Assembly: GCA_965178125.1 (NCBI GenBank)
Contig: OZ237749.1
Location: 992,001 to 1,056,000 of the forward strand
DNA from: Bilabrum cf. latius
Lineage: Eukaryota
Direction: 5' to 3'
DNA length: 64,000 bases
A program made the translations under genes and the position numbers. Each line of letters begins with the position of its first letter. Position 1 is the stretch's first letter. The notes below the pieces were generated by a model. That model worked only from the letters and a program-made list of their open reading frames with translations, did not search any database and was not told where the DNA came from. This document shows positions 36,917 through 50,697 of this stretch, one piece after another.

Positions 36917-39900
36917 TTACCTCAGCCGCTGGAGTGCCTCAAATCGAGCCCGAGTGGCCGCCGCCCGGAAGAGGATGAGCGCCCTGCTGTGCGCCCACAT
37001 GTCGCCAGGCACGTGCGCAGCAACGAACGCGTCCGAGTTAAGAAATGGCGCCGCAACCATCCCTTCGGCGCTCGAGGACAGGAGGCAGGGGTACCTCAGC
37101 TTGAGCGGCTTGTCACTGGGCATCGCGCGACCGCTAGAGACTAGCTGACGGCGCCGGGACTGGCTCGGCCCAGCGACGTCCCGCCCTTCCCCTCGCACAC
37201 CCATGTCTTTGACCCCCACCTCTGCGTCAAATTCGCCCAAGCTAGCCGCTTCAAGCACCGATGCATGCGCCTCAACGTCGGAGATCCAGACGCGCCTGCT
37301 ACCGCCATGGGACCCGAGCCCTGTGTCACTGGCATGTGCATGCACGTCGTCCAACTCGCCGTCCCCGTCGTGCATGGACGCAGGCGCGCTCGCTGCCCTC
37401 AGCACCGCCTCCCTGCCTCGTTTGCCCAGGATCCCACGCACTGCCCCCAGTCTGGACAGCATGCGCCTCGCCCTCGCGCGCCGCCTGCCCTGTCTCACCG
37501 CGTGCGCCACGCAGCGGCGGCCTGTGGAGCTGGGCCCGTGGCTCGCGCCTGCCCTCACCTCTGCTTCCACCCTCCCTACCGTGCGGGTCCATCGGCCGGC
37601 CGAACCCCAGGCGGTCTTGACCTCGAACGATTTCTTCTTCTTCTGCTTCTTCGTTGTTGCCGTGCAGGCGGCGGTGGTGGCGGTGGAGCTCGCGTCGGCG
37701 GAACCCTCTCCCGTGAGGTGGCCTCGCAGCGGGACTGCAACCTTGCCCAGCTCCAGCCTAAGCAGCCGGTTGTTGGCTGCATCGCTCAAATAGACCGCGA
37801 GACTGCCGAGCCTGCCCCCGCTGCGCACGAACGCCCTCACCTCCTCCACCATCGCAGCGGGGAAACACACGCCGCACGGGCGCACCGGCTTGGACTCGCT
37901 GTGGCCCAGCACAACGGCACAAGGAGAGGGGGGTGCTTGCAGGGTCAGAGGCTCGCCCCCGATGGACCCTGCCCCCACCACACTCACGAGTGCTTGCTCG
38001 GTTGGAGCGGACCCCTCTTGGCCCCAGCCCGGGGCGTGTCGCACTGCTTGCATGTCGATCGTCGGCCGTGTGCTCGCTGGCAATGCACCGACCGGGTTCG
38101 TCCCAACCGTCTCTCGCGGAGTTGTTCCCTGGGGCGTCACCCGTCCTGACAATTCGCTTGCACCCTGTCTGTGACTACGAGACGCAGGTGCCACTCCCCA
38201 CTGTACCCGTCCTGGCGCGCCCTCGTGCCCTGCATCCAGCTCCCCACCACCAGACCGAGGCCCACCTCCGGTGCCCCGCCCCTCCATGGACACCGGACCC
38301 GTCCATCCTGAGGACCCCGCCGTCACTGCGGCCAGCCCTGTTGTGCCTGCCAGCCGATCCGGACTGAAGGCGCTGCCCCCTGCGTCCTCCATGCTGGGGG
38401 CAGGCGCAGCGGGCATGGAGCCGGCGCTGCGCGTCCGTGGCCTGGTTCCAGCAACGGTGCCCCTCAGGCTGCGGGGCATCACATCATCCGCCGCGCCCCT
38501 GCATGCCTCCTCTCCAGAAGGCCACGTCGCCTCGTGATGGTCCCTCTGCGGCGCCCCCAGGTGCACCGTCCTCGCCACCACCTCGAACTCGGGATCCACC
38601 GGTGGTCCAGCACTGCCGGGCGGAGGCCGTCTCCGTCGACTGGAGGCAGCGGGTGACATCAGAGCCGATGCCACTGGGTTCAGCTGCCTCACCCTGACCC
38701 GGCCCCGCTGGAACATGGCCTACCCCAGAGGCACGGCAGTCACGATGGTGGCCGAGGCCCTCTGCAGGGACCCCTTGATGGAGGCAGCCACGTCCAGGTC
38801 CAGCCCTGCCTTGGCTGCTCTGCCTGCTGCTGCTCTCGCTGTTCCAGGATAGCAACGGCCAGTTGTGGTGGATCTGGACTCCCTTCCGTTCGCACAAGCG
38901 TTGCTGCTGCTGCTGCTGCTGCTGCTGCTTGTGGTGGACCCCACCCGCCCATGCCCCTGCCCCTGTCGTCTGCCAGTCGAGCTGGCACCGTCCAGAGGCA
39001 CATTTGTCCGTGGCGCGGGCAGCAGCCGCCCAGGGGCCGCGAACACGCCGCAACCCCTCCGTCCGTCTAGCCCATCCTCGATGGCAGCCTGCAATCGGCG
39101 CGAAGGGGGCAGCTGCACCCTCACCATCACCATGCATCCGCCCTGCAGCCAGGAGTCGCCGAGCATCTGCGTGGCAGCGGCGTCTGCAGGTCCCCCCAGC
39201 TGTGCACCAGGGGCCCTCCCCGGGCCCCTCAGACCTCCGGTCGTGCACGGCTGCACCTTCATACGGTGAGTGCCCTCCCCCCGCTGGCACGCCATCGCGA
39301 GCACGAAGGAGGCCCCGCAGGCCTGGGCCTGTCTGCACCTGAGTGCCCAAGGCAGCTTGATGTCCCCGTGCTCGTCCAGTCCGTCCAGCCCATAGGCGCG
39401 CAAGGGGTCATCCTCAGGGGCAGCCCCGTCCTACCTCGCTTCCCTCAGGCGACAGGCCGCCATGTTGTCCACCTCGCCCACCACCAGCTGCACCTGCCTC
39501 GGGTTGCCTGAGGGCTTGCTGCCCCCACCGCGATGCGTCCCATTTTGACCACTCGCACCCCTTTGGCCAATGTTCCCTGGGAGCTCCGCCCGCAGGTGCA
39601 GCCTGTCCTGCAGCACCCTGAGACCCTCCCGCTTCGTGGGTGCTCCGCGGCGCGCCAGCTCCTGCACCGGCACCACCATCGGTCCGTCCGGTCGCCCCAG
39701 GCCCGCAGCCCCCGCTCTCCACCCGCTCCCTGTGCCACCGTTTCCCCCAGGCCCATGGGCCTGCCTCCTCCGCTTGCGACCACCCCTGCGACCGTCCTCC
39801 TCATCGCCGTCGCTCCAGCCAGACCAGGCCGAGGACCCGTCGCTGCCGTTCCCCCCGGGCCCACGCTCCCCCTCCATTTCCTCCTCCTCCCCGGCCGCCT

Positions 39901-40927
39901 CCCGTCGGCCCCACAGCCGAGGCGGGGCATCTTCGGTGAACACTGACGTCAGGAGGAAAGCCGCGAACACGTCAGGGTGTGGCCGAGGGACCCTCGGAAA
40001 GCACCGCATGGACAGGCTGAAGCTGGCCAGGCGCGCCCCCCTGCGGCTGAGGATCTGCACCGTCCTGCTCCAGGTGGACACTGCGATGGCCCGGCCACCG
40101 AGCACAAAGGCGACGTCGCAGGGGTGCGTGCCCTCGCCCTCCTCCACGCGGGGGGCCGGCGGGGACAAAGATAGCGCGTCGTCGCACTCTCGCTGGGTGC
40201 TGAGGGATACTAGAGGTGGTGGTGGCGGGTGGTCCGCGCCGCCGCTGGTCCCTGTGTCGCAAGCTGCCATGCTCGCCTGCTGGCAGAGCGGCCCAGTCTC
40301 GCCTTCAGGCCGGACGTCCACTTGGCCCATCCAGGAACCATCTGGCCGGACAAAGGCGACGCGATTGTTCATCATATCACACACTGCTATCTCCAACGTT
40401 TCGGGGTCGTAGGCAATCCCGGACGGAAAGCTGCGGGGTGCACTGGTGGGCGAGTTGCAGTTGTGGCGGTCGGTAGCTGCAGATCAAGCGTGGCGCGAAC
40501 AACCCGGTTTCCAGTGCATGACAGCCTCCATGCAGAGAGTTAGAAGTATATATCAAACAATTGGTGGCATTCAGTGGGCTTCAGAATAGCAGTACATGGT
40601 TGTTTCGCAGCGAACGGACTCCGTTCGAACGGACCCCCTCATCAAACGGATTAGCTGGTCTCACTTGAATTCTCCCTCCCCTGCACCAGCAGCATTGTTA
40701 GAACCAATCTCAGAGATTAGAACACAGCCCGTTCCGTTGTAGTCTATGTTGGCGTCGGAGTTCTTGGCGAGGAAAGGCAGCTCAGCGAGCACGAGCACCT
40801 GCTGGCGCTTAGCTGAAGACACCGCAATAAGCCTGGCCTCGTGGCGATCCAAATGGAAGAGATCATACAGTTCTTTCTGTCTTGGCAAGTACAAGGTCGA
40901 TCGGGGTCCCGCAATCGCGAAGCTCAT
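36917..40927 (-). CDS. NHL-repeat (beta-propeller) protein with long low-complexity inserts (~1,258 aa; intron 40431-40664)
   Basis: Splicing restores an NHL blade, GAGEGEFN|FPSGIAYDPETLEIAVCDMMNNRV. Further blade-like segments: HPCDVAFV...AVSTWSRTVQIL and RPCGVCF...VYLSDAANNRLLRL. Three ORFs are joined by TAG; apparent TAA stop. Confidence 0.7.
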
Positions 40928-41101
40928 GATCGAATTGTGCCAGTCCAGGCGTGGGCAAGCGGCCGCGTAAGGACTCGGATGAATTGTGAAACGCAGATGC
41001 CTGTGGTTCCGCACATCGAAACGACAAAGCCGTTTGAGTCCATTCCAACAAACACGTACTACATCATGCAAAGCTCCCCGCCAACTCACGGAAGGCATTC
41101 T

Positions 41102-43525
41102 TCACTTGCCGTCCGACTCGGCAGCTGTCCTGCGCTTCTTGCCAGACCTGTCTCCCTCCGCGCCTTCCTCCTCCCTGCCCGCCTCGCCGCTCCTGGACCG
41201 GCCACGCCTGCTGCCCAGTGCAGGCCCCTGGTCCTCGCCGCCCGCTGCGCTCGCCCCCTCCCCATCCATGGCTACGCTCCCGGCCGACCCTGCCACCAAC
41301 CCCGCTGCAGCCGCGCCGCCGCTGCTGCTGGACCCTGCAGCGGACGAGGAAGACGAGGAGGAGGAAGAAGAAGACGAAGACCCCGCCCCGGCGCCGCCAG
41401 TCGCCGCTCCTAGCCCAGGCCGCCGGGCCCCTGGAGTAGCGTGCAGTTTCAGGTCCTCCGGCAGGAACTCGGACACGGGCTTGCCCTCGGTGAGCAGCCC
41501 CGCAGCGGCTAGGACGAACCCCAGGAATGGAGGGGAGGGCCTGTTCGGCCGCGAGGTGAATTCAGGGTGGTACTGCACCCCGAAGAAGAAGGGGTGCTCG
41601 CTTGCGTCCCTCTCCACGATCTCCATGCGCTCTCCGCTGTCGTCCACGCCCACGAAGAAGAGCCCCTTGCCCTGCAGCTGCTCCACCATCTTGGGGTTCA
41701 CCTCGTACCTGTGCCTATGGCGCTCGTGCACCTCCCGCGCGCCCGCCCCGTAGATCTGGTGGGCCAGGCACGGCTTCCCGTCGGGCCTGCCCCTCAGCAG
41801 CGTGCTGCGCCCCCCTAGCCTCATAGTCCCCCCCATCTTGGTGGGGTCTACCTCGGGCATGAACACCACGGCCTGGTGCTTGGCGTCCGGCTTGAACTCG
41901 GCGCTGTTGGCGCCCGCCAGCCCCACCACGTTCCTCGCGTGCTCGATCACCGCACACTGCATGCCGAGGCACACACCCAGGAAGGGCCTCTTGTTCTCGC
42001 GCGCGAACTGCACCGCCAGGATCTTGCCCTCCACCCCTCTGTCCCCGAAGCCCCCCGGCACCAGCACCCCGTGGCACTCCCTAAGCACCTTCCACGAGTC
42101 CTCGTACACCTTCTCGTCTCTTGCCTTGGTGGCCGGCTCCAGTGCCTCAGCGTCGATCCAGTCAACCACTAGCTTGCGCCCCGCCACGATGCAGCTGTGC
42201 TTGAGAGCCTTGAGCACAGAGAGGTACGAGTCGCTCAGCCCGTTGTACTTGCCCACAAGCGCGATCTGCACGGTGGTGGTGGCTCCGTCCACCCGCTCGG
42301 CCATCGCCCTCCACGGTTCGATGCGGGGCTCCCCGTGGGGCAGGTCTAGCCCCAGCTGCTTCTGGATGATGCTGTGCGCCCCCTGCTGCAGGAGGAGGAG
42401 GGGCACGTGGTAGATGTTGGACACATCGTGCACGGCCAGCACGTTCTGCTTGGGCACCTGGCAAAAGAGAGCCAGCTTCTCCTTGGTTGACTCCTCGAGG
42501 GCCTCGCCCGACCTGCAGATGAGCGCGTCTGGCGCGATGCCCACCGACCTCAGCTCTTTGACCGTGTGCTGCGTGGGCTTGGTCTTCTGCTCGCCCACAG
42601 CGCCCAGCACGGGCACGAGAGACACGTGGAAGAAGATCACGTTCTCGGCGCCCTTGTTGGCGCGGAACTGCGAGTGGCGAGTGGGGGTCGGCATGGGAGA
42701 GTTCGGATGGAGGAAGCCGGGCAAAGGGTAGAAGAGGAGGAGGCGGAGGCGGAGGCGGGGTGCATACTTGTGAGAGCAGCACGATGCCCAGGCCAGCCAA
42801 AAACGCCCTCAATTCGGGAGCTCAAGCATTTATTTTTAAAATAGAAAGTCGCGTGACCCCCCTCTCACCTGTCGGAGTGCCTCTAGAAAGACGAGGCTCT
42901 CAATGTCGCCCACAGTGCCTCCGACCTCAATCAAGCACACGTCAGGAGGACCCTCCATGCCATCCACGCTCTCGTGAGCAACGCGTTCAATCCAAGACTG
43001 CACGGCGCCTGTCACGTGTGGGATCACCTGCACAGTCTTGCCGAGGTAGTCGCCGCGGCGCTCCGCCTCGACGACACGCCGGTACACCTTGCCTGTTGTG
43101 ATGTTATGGTCTTTCGTCAGCTTCACGTCCAAGAATCGCTCGTAGTTCCCAAGATCCAAATCAGCTTCGCCGCCATCCTCGAGAACAAACACCTCCCCGT
43201 GCTCAAACGGAGACATGGTGCCGGCATCAACGTTCTGCATCGGGAGACGGGAGGCAAGATTGAGCGATTGTAGTGCAATAAATGCGCTAATCATGAACTT
43301 TTCCATTGACTGCGTATCGTATGGTGACTCTATAGAGTCCAACTAGCCCCAGTATGCAGTATAACGCCCCTAGTTGCAGTTGCGATTCAAACTCACGAGG
43401 TATGGATCAATTTTGATGCTCGTAACTCTTAGTCCACAGCTCTTGAGTAGGACACCCAGAGAGCTGATACTGATTCCTTTCCCCAGACCGCTCACTACAC
43501 CGCCGGTGACCACTACATACTTCAT
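41102..43525 (-). CDS. CTPS: CTP synthase (~686 aa; introns 43235-43396 and 42668-42868)
   Basis: [89 protein letters not shown]. Canonical GT-AG introns in phase; TGA stop. Confidence 0.98.
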
Positions 43526-44027
43526 ACTTGGCCGAGGTGTGGAATGGAGAACCATATCGAATGGGTACGGTAATGTTTGTGCGAATCTGTATTATTCATC
43601 GAGATTTATCGCAGGCGTGCGGAATGAAGTCGGACTGGCACGCGCTGGAGAGGGGTGGCATGGCCCTACTGTTTGTCGCGCATTCGCGATGAGGTGGCTC
43701 TTGAGTTTCCACATACCCTACATACCAAACGACGCGACGCTGGCGCGATTCCAGCAACTCAGTAGTCATGGCTGCGATGCCATAGGGGTTCCTTCTAGAA
43801 GTGTACGACCATCTGTTTGGGACAACCTCACCGGTCGAGACCTCATGGGGTCAACGTGCGCAATTTGTTGCGAACGGGGTTGGGCCTCTGGGCTTCAAGT
43901 TGCGACCAAGACGGTCAAGCCGGTCTTGCGGTTGCAACCTTTTGTCGGTTCGCTTGGAAACAGCTAGCACACGGTCGCCCTTCGGACATTGCGTTTCGTG
44001 TCCCGTTTGGGTAGTGCAGGATAAAGT

Positions 44028-47000
44028 ATGAGCAACGCTGGGGCCGACTGGCGAGGAGGTGATGGCCAGGGATAGACTCCTTCTTTTGGAAACCAACCTG
44101 TAAGTCAGCGAGAATTACCTACCTGGCCTGTTGCACTGATTCCGACTGTGCCTACGCACGATCCATCCAAATCTAGCTATTTTTAATGATTGCGATTGCA
44201 GCCAGTGGGACGCGGCGTGGATGCTCTCCTTGAAATAGCAGCTCAGTCCGATACGGATAGCGACCTCGAGCAGGAAGCTACTCAACCAAGCATTGCACAG
44301 CAGTAGCCCAGCGTGGGAAATGCCCAAGCTAGTGGAACGATGTAGCGAGGACGCAGTGCAAGTGACTCGATTGAGCCTCGCGAAGCCGCACGCGCGGCAC
44401 GGCCAAGCCCGGCTCCAGCAACCGAAGCGGCTAGCGACTCCGCTGCCGCTCTACATCGGCCAGTAGCTGGCCTTCCGAGCACTACGTAGGGCCCTTCTCA
44501 AACGGAAGATCGCAATAAGCCGTATCCCGCAGGCCATCATGATCGTGGCGCGAGCAATCCACCACTGGCAGGCGGCGACGACTTGCAGCCGCACGGCGCT
44601 AGTCCCTACGCGCGCGCCCCGCAGGAGGGCAGTCGCGTGCTGGGCCTACCCCTTGCCCCATCGGCCGAGGACGGTCACTCGAGCCCCTTCCCCCGGCGAG
44701 ACTCCCTGCACAGCGACGCTGGTAGCCACCTGACCGACGGCGAGGAGCGGAGGAGGGCAAGGCGCCGGGCCAGCGAGATGGGCGACCACGATGGCGGCGG
44801 AGATGAAGCGGAAAGGGGTGCAGAGGGGAGGGCGGGGGCAGGGGTTGTGGCCGTGCCCGGTGGGCAGGTTGGCAGGAAGACTGGTGGCTAGGTGGGCAGC
44901 GCGTATCCTGGTATTGACACCGTGCAATAGCCAGGCACGGGGATGGACGCGGGCGGTGATGCCGGCGATGTTGGCCCGGGCCGTAGGACCGGCACCCCCG
45001 GGGGGAGGACGGGCGGGGGTGGGTCATCCACGAGGGGTGGCAGCAGGGGTGTTCCCTCGGCAATGGCGCGGGCCTCTGTGGAAGCAGGCCATGTGGGGAG
45101 CGGGAGTGCACGCAGCAGCATGCACGGGAGCTTCGCGTCGCACGACCCCGCGGATTTCCGTCGGAAGGGCAGGGACGAGGGGCCGATCGGGAGGTCCCTC
45201 TTTGGCCTGGGGGCGCAGGACCTCAACCACCCCCGCACTGGGGATGGGGACTAGGAGGGGGGGAAGACTGCCTCCGTGCGGTGGACGGGGCGCACCCGGC
45301 CGGTGTACTCCGGGCCCCACGGGTCCGACACCCGGTTCGTGCCCGGGTCTGGCCGGTCTCGGAGGGAGCTTGCTGAGCGGATCGAGAAGGAGCGGGGCAA
45401 GGAGCTGACCTTCAGGCCGAAGATCAACAGCAGCTACAAGTTCAAGCGCAGGAGGGACGGGGTGGTGGAGAGCATCGAGAGGCGCGTGGCGGAGCGGGAG
45501 GCAGAGCGGGAGATTTTGGCCATGGCGGTGCAGCAGCAGAGGGATAGGGAGCTCACTTTCAAGCCGAGGACCCAGAGGTCTCCTGACCAGAAGCAGAAGG
45601 AGCTGATGCAGAAGGCGGTGGAGAGGAGGAGGCAGGGGAGTGACGTGTTCGGCTACCTCTACAAGCGGGGTCAGGAGGACAAGCGACGGGCGGCAGAGGA
45701 CGCCCGCGCCAAGATGGAGAAGGAAGCAGCCATGAGGCGGGCCGAGGAGGAGGCCAAGCAGAGGAGAAACCTCCCGCGCGCGAGGCAGAACGAGGGGGCC
45801 TCTCCCAGCGTGAAGAGGGCGCTGGCACAGAGAGAAAAGGCGAAGCTCGCCGCGGGGGGCAGGGCCTCGGACCTCCTCTACATGTCCGCTGTGGCCCATC
45901 AGAACCCCACGGCGGCTCTGCAGCGAGCCAAGAGGCGCGACACTGGGGAGCATTCGTCGGCCCCTGGTGACGAGGCAGAGCGGGAGCGAGAGCAGAGCGC
46001 GGGTGCTGCTGCAGACGGGGAACTGGAGGAGGCAGGTGCAGGTGCAGGCGCAGGCGCAGGCCCGACAACAGCCACCAAGGGCGGTAGCGAGCGCGCCGCC
46101 GCCGCCGCTACTGCTGCTGCCCATCATCCGATTTTCTCAGAGGAAGACGTGAAGGCGGCCCAGGACGCACTCGGTGCGTATGCCCCGCGCAAGGCGGTGC
46201 TGGCAGCGCTGCAGGCGCAGAGACAGGAGACGAAGCCCGAGCAGCTGCGCACCTCTGGATCGCCTCAGGCAAGGCGGCCCCGCCTGCGTAAGGGCCAGGG
46301 TATCGGGGGCGGGCGGGCCGCAGGCAAGGTGGAGCAGATCCATGCCGCCAGGGAACATAGGATCCAGGAGGACCTGCGGTCTAGGGTGGATAGGGACAAG
46401 GCGGCGCGGTGGAGGGAGCGTGTGGAAGCCACCAAAGCGGCGCTGAGCAGGACTTACAAGGCCAAAGAGGAGAAAGAAGGCGAAGGAGGGGGAGCAGACG
46501 CTGCGTAGGGCGGGGATGGCGCGGGCGGTGGAGTGGCAGGGCCAGCCGAGGGATAGGGCAACGGGAAGCGGCATGCCCGAGGCCGGATCCAGACTCCACC
46601 GGACCTCGAGTCGGACTACACCCGAATGCAGGCCCTCGGCGTGATGCACTCGCTGAGGAGCCCCGGGCTGGGACGCGACGGGAAGGGGTAGGCCAAGGAT
46701 GGTGAGGGGGCTGGTGAAAACTAGGAGAGAGGGAGCGTAGGTGACGTGTCGGAGCCAGAGGAGGGCGCGGTGCCTGGAGACGGGCAAGCGGAGGGTCGGG
46801 AGGCAGGCAAGACCGTGAGCCCGCAGAGACCCGTGCTCAAGAACGGAGGCGCCCCCACGTCGTACGCAGCCAAGCTGGTGGCAGAGAGCGCCAAGCGAGA
46901 GGCCCAGCGGAAGAGGGAGGAAGCCGCGGCCGTGCTGTCTCCGGAGCAGAGAAAGAGGCTAAAGGGGCAGCTCAACGAGTCGCTCGGCAAGTACTCAGAG

Positions 47001-50000
47001 ACTGGCCGCAGGCGGAGGGCGGCCGCAGAGCGGGAGGCGGGGCAGGCCGAGCTGGGAGTGGAGAGCAAGAGCGAAGAGCCCGCGGGGGGTCTGGCCGCGC
47101 CCAAGGTGGAGGTGCCGCAGGGTGCACTGCACGACCGCATGAGCGGGATCGGGACTCGTCCCACGATGCATATGGAGAACACGTCGGGGCGCAACGCGCG
47201 CGCGTGGGACGGCTTCTCCCCCAGCTCTCTGCAGAGAGCAGAGGTTGCGGCGCAGCGGGCGTGTCATGTGGCCATGCAGAGGGCCATCAAGGAGGGCAAG
47301 AGCAAGGAGGAGGCGGAGCAGGAGGGCGAGAATGCCGCGGCGGAGGTGCTCCGTGCTGCTGGGGTGGGCAGGCAGTTTCAGGCCAAGGCTGGTCCACAGG
47401 AGCGCAGGAGGAAGAGGACAGCTTCCAAGGGTAGCGCCAGCGCCAGCGAGAGCGCTGCTGGGGAGGGCGAGAAGGGACAAGAGGGGGAGGGTGAGGGGGA
47501 GGACGAGCCCAAGGAGAAGCTGTCTCTGTCTTCCTTCCGACAGCGCGTGGACATGTGGATCCAGAGCCACTGGTCAAAGCGGCGCGCCCTCGAGCAGCAG
47601 AGGCTGGGCAAGGAAGAGAAGGACATGCAAGAGTGCACGCACACCCCCATCGTAAGAGAGGTGCCAGCGTACCTCCTTGCCAACGGACGCAGGCCGCAGT
47701 CGAAGCTGCCGCAAGGAGCGCGTATCCCGGGCGTGGCTGCCCGTCGGCGGCGGGAGCTGCGGGCACAGGTGCTGCAGGCCAAGCGGCAGCAGCAGGCAGC
47801 TGCGCTCGCGCAGCAGCGGGCCCGTGAGCAAGGTGTCCCCGTGGAGCAGGTGCTCGCGGAGGCGCCTCCTCTGCAGAACGAGATGGAGGAGACCGTGGAG
47901 GAGGTGCTCTCGATGGCGTGGGGGCCCGTTGCCAGAGACCCTGAGCCGCGAGGGTACAAGGAGAGTGTGCAGCGGCTGCGGGGTGCCGCGGCCTATCGCG
48001 CGGCGGTGAGTCGTGTGGAGCGGGGCAAGGAGCTGCGTCCCTTCGGCTTGGACGAGGAGGAAGAAATCGAGGACGAGTGGGAGCAGGAGCAGGCGCAGGG
48101 TCCGGGAGACGATGCGGGTGGGCAGGCCTCGGGCCAGAGAGGCCCACGACGGACCGTAGGAGTCGAGGTGGCCCGCGCTGCCCGACAGGCTGTCGGCATG
48201 GGCAGCCCGGGAGACAGGCGCATCGCCAAGGTGCCTGCTCCCGGCCAACTGGTGCATGGGACGCAGAGCCCCGGGCAGGCTCGGAAGCAGCAAAGCAGGA
48301 CCCCAAGCAAGGGGCCATCCTCCTCGTCTTCGTCATCGTCCCCGAAGAAGGCGCGCTGGGTCTCGTGGGGCCCCGCCGAGACTGCCCTGGGCAGCGGGCA
48401 TGCTGAGCGCCCACTGAGCGACTTCAGACCCGCCTCGGAGCAGCGCCGATCAGAGAAGTGGAGGATGCAGGCGACTCTGCGGGCGGCCGAGGAGGGCCAG
48501 CGCATCCATGCCAAGATCGAGGCGAGGAGGCAGCTGCTGCAGCAGGGGATCCAGCCGCACGACTCTGCATTCCCGACCTCGCTGCAGAACGAGCACGACA
48601 GGACCGTGCTGCGCGCAGGGCATCCAGAGCTGGTCGGTGAGATGGCCTCGCCAAGCGGCCTGGGTCTGCCCGCGCCTCCTGAGGAGCTCGGCATCGAGCC
48701 GCAGTAGGCCGGGAGACCTGCAGGGGACGCGGCTGCCGCCGGTGCATCCCCGGGGGCGTCGGCTCTGACCCGATCGAGGGTCAGAAAGGGGCGGGGCCTC
48801 AGGGCCGGCACGGGCACGGACGGGTCTCCTGTGCCAGAGAAAAAGTAGCAGCAAACGGATTCGAAGGGATAGTTGTCGCCTTCTATCCAGCCGTCCACGC
48901 CAGAGCGGCCATCGGTTCAAGATCCCAGTCCTTTCGACGAGGGTTAGGACACGCGAGGCAACGAAGATGTGCCAGGAGCCAACACAAGGGGGCTGGTGGT
49001 GCCCGTGCGGCGGTTGGGCATGCGTGCAGCTGGTGGCGATACCAATGCGTCTACCGCGCCATCTTCGGACCTTGCCAATGGAGAGGCCGCGGAGGACCCG
49101 CAGTCGAGCGGCGGGGGAGGATTCGACGATTGGCTGAAGACTGGCAAGATGCGGGCCAGTACTGCGGCTGCCAGGCTCGCTGCTGGTGCGCTAGATCGCG
49201 CTGCCCAAGCCCCAGACGCCCCTGCCAGCGCCAGGTCCCCAGCGGGCGCCGGCAGCGACATCTTGTCCACACCTCCCTTCAAGCAGCGCGGTGCCCCTGG
49301 CAGCACCCCGCCGTCTGGACGCTCCCCTGCGCAACGAGCCGCGGCGCTTGCTGAATCAGGAGGCGACAGTAATAAGAAGGGCAACAGCCCTGCGTGGGAC
49401 TGGGCAGACCAGACAAGGGCGGCATAGTCTCCTGCTGGCGGTGACGAAGCCCTTCCTGAACGAGCCGAGCAGCAGCAGCATATCGACAGTGCCTCCCTCC
49501 CTGGGGGGCGCAAGGCACTGCGAGCCACCACTGACCGCAAGCGGGCTAGGTTTGGAGGCCTGAGCTCGCCTCCCGCGGGGTCTTTGCCCGGGTCCCGCGG
49601 CAGGCGCGCGGGTCGCGAGCAGATATACGCGCATGGAGGCGTGACTGACAAGGACGCCCTCGTGCCGGACGAGAGCGCGCCGCCGCTCCCTACAGAGGAG
49701 CAGGAGAGGCGCAACGCCAAGGCCCAGGGGTAGCGTGGTCGCAGGACCTCTGCCAGGAAGCGCCGCCGGTCGATCGGGTCCGTGCAGTCGTCTGTGGCGG
49801 TGGCCACGCGCGGGACAGGCAGCTACCAGGCTGCTCTGCTGCAGCGCGAGTCCACTCGGTTACGGGAGCAGGCCCGGCTGGCGATGCTGGACGAAATGGC
49901 GCGGCGGGAGGCCGAGGAGGACGAGGTGGAGCGCGAGCGGGTGGTGCAGGCTGCGCAGATGGTGGCTCGAGGGCTGGTGGGTCCAAATGGGGAGGCAGTC

Positions 50001-50615
50001 GGCGGGTGGGGCCCCGGAGAGGCGCCTCTGCAGCCCGAGTTCCACCACGGTCAGGAGGCTACACAAGTACATGAAGTCAGCGATGCTGAAGGTCGCGGCC
50101 GCGAGTATGACGTCGATGTAGAAGAAGTTGGTGCGCATGGCAGGGGCATGCAGGGAGGTCATCAGCTGGACTCTGTGTCGGAGCCCGGGAGCGATCCCGC
50201 GGAGGGCACTGCTGCCCTTGCTCCTCGGGGTCCTGCACGTGAGGACTCCGATTCCGCGGCAAGGGAGGCAAAGCCGCGGCCGGGGCCCCCCGCCCGTCGC
50301 AGGAGTGTTCCACGGGTGCCCTCAGGGCCCAGAATCCCCTTCTAGTCCGACGAAGACGAGCAAGAGCAAGAGTTGGACAACTCCAGAGGTGCCGCACAGC
50401 CGCAAGAGGTCGAGGGGGCAGTGGCGGGGTCTACTGGGGGATCGTCCCGCACGAGCTCTAGCCCGGGAGATCAATCCAGTGCCAGAGAGTTCGGGTCTTC
50501 GTCGCAGTACGCGGGGCAGGATGGGCTGTACTACCCGCCCAGCTTGCCCACAGCTCTACTTGGGGGTGGTGGATCAGAGGATCAGGATACTGGCGAGGAC
50601 GAAGGAGACGCGTGA
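44028..50615 (+). CDS. Large low-complexity/coiled-coil hypothetical protein (~2,161 aa; intron 44100-44201) with ELTF(R/K)P motifs
   Basis: Seven listed ORFs share one frame, separated only by TAG. ATG 44028, GTAAGT...CAG intron, TGA 50613-50615. Motifs ELTFRPKIN, ELTFKPRT and ECTHTPIV suggest a cytoskeleton-associated protein (inference). Confidence 0.72.
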
Positions 50616-50697
50616 TTCGGAGTCCGGACTCCGGATCGTATTAGTATCTGATTTGGGTTTTGTGTGTACGCCAGTATAACTAGATCTCTGTCCGCGG

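Noticed and set aside
43530-44020. ORF 43374-43967 or an RNA gene in the CTPS upstream region
   Set aside because: No recognisable motifs or tRNA-like structure; most likely a divergent promoter/UTR region.
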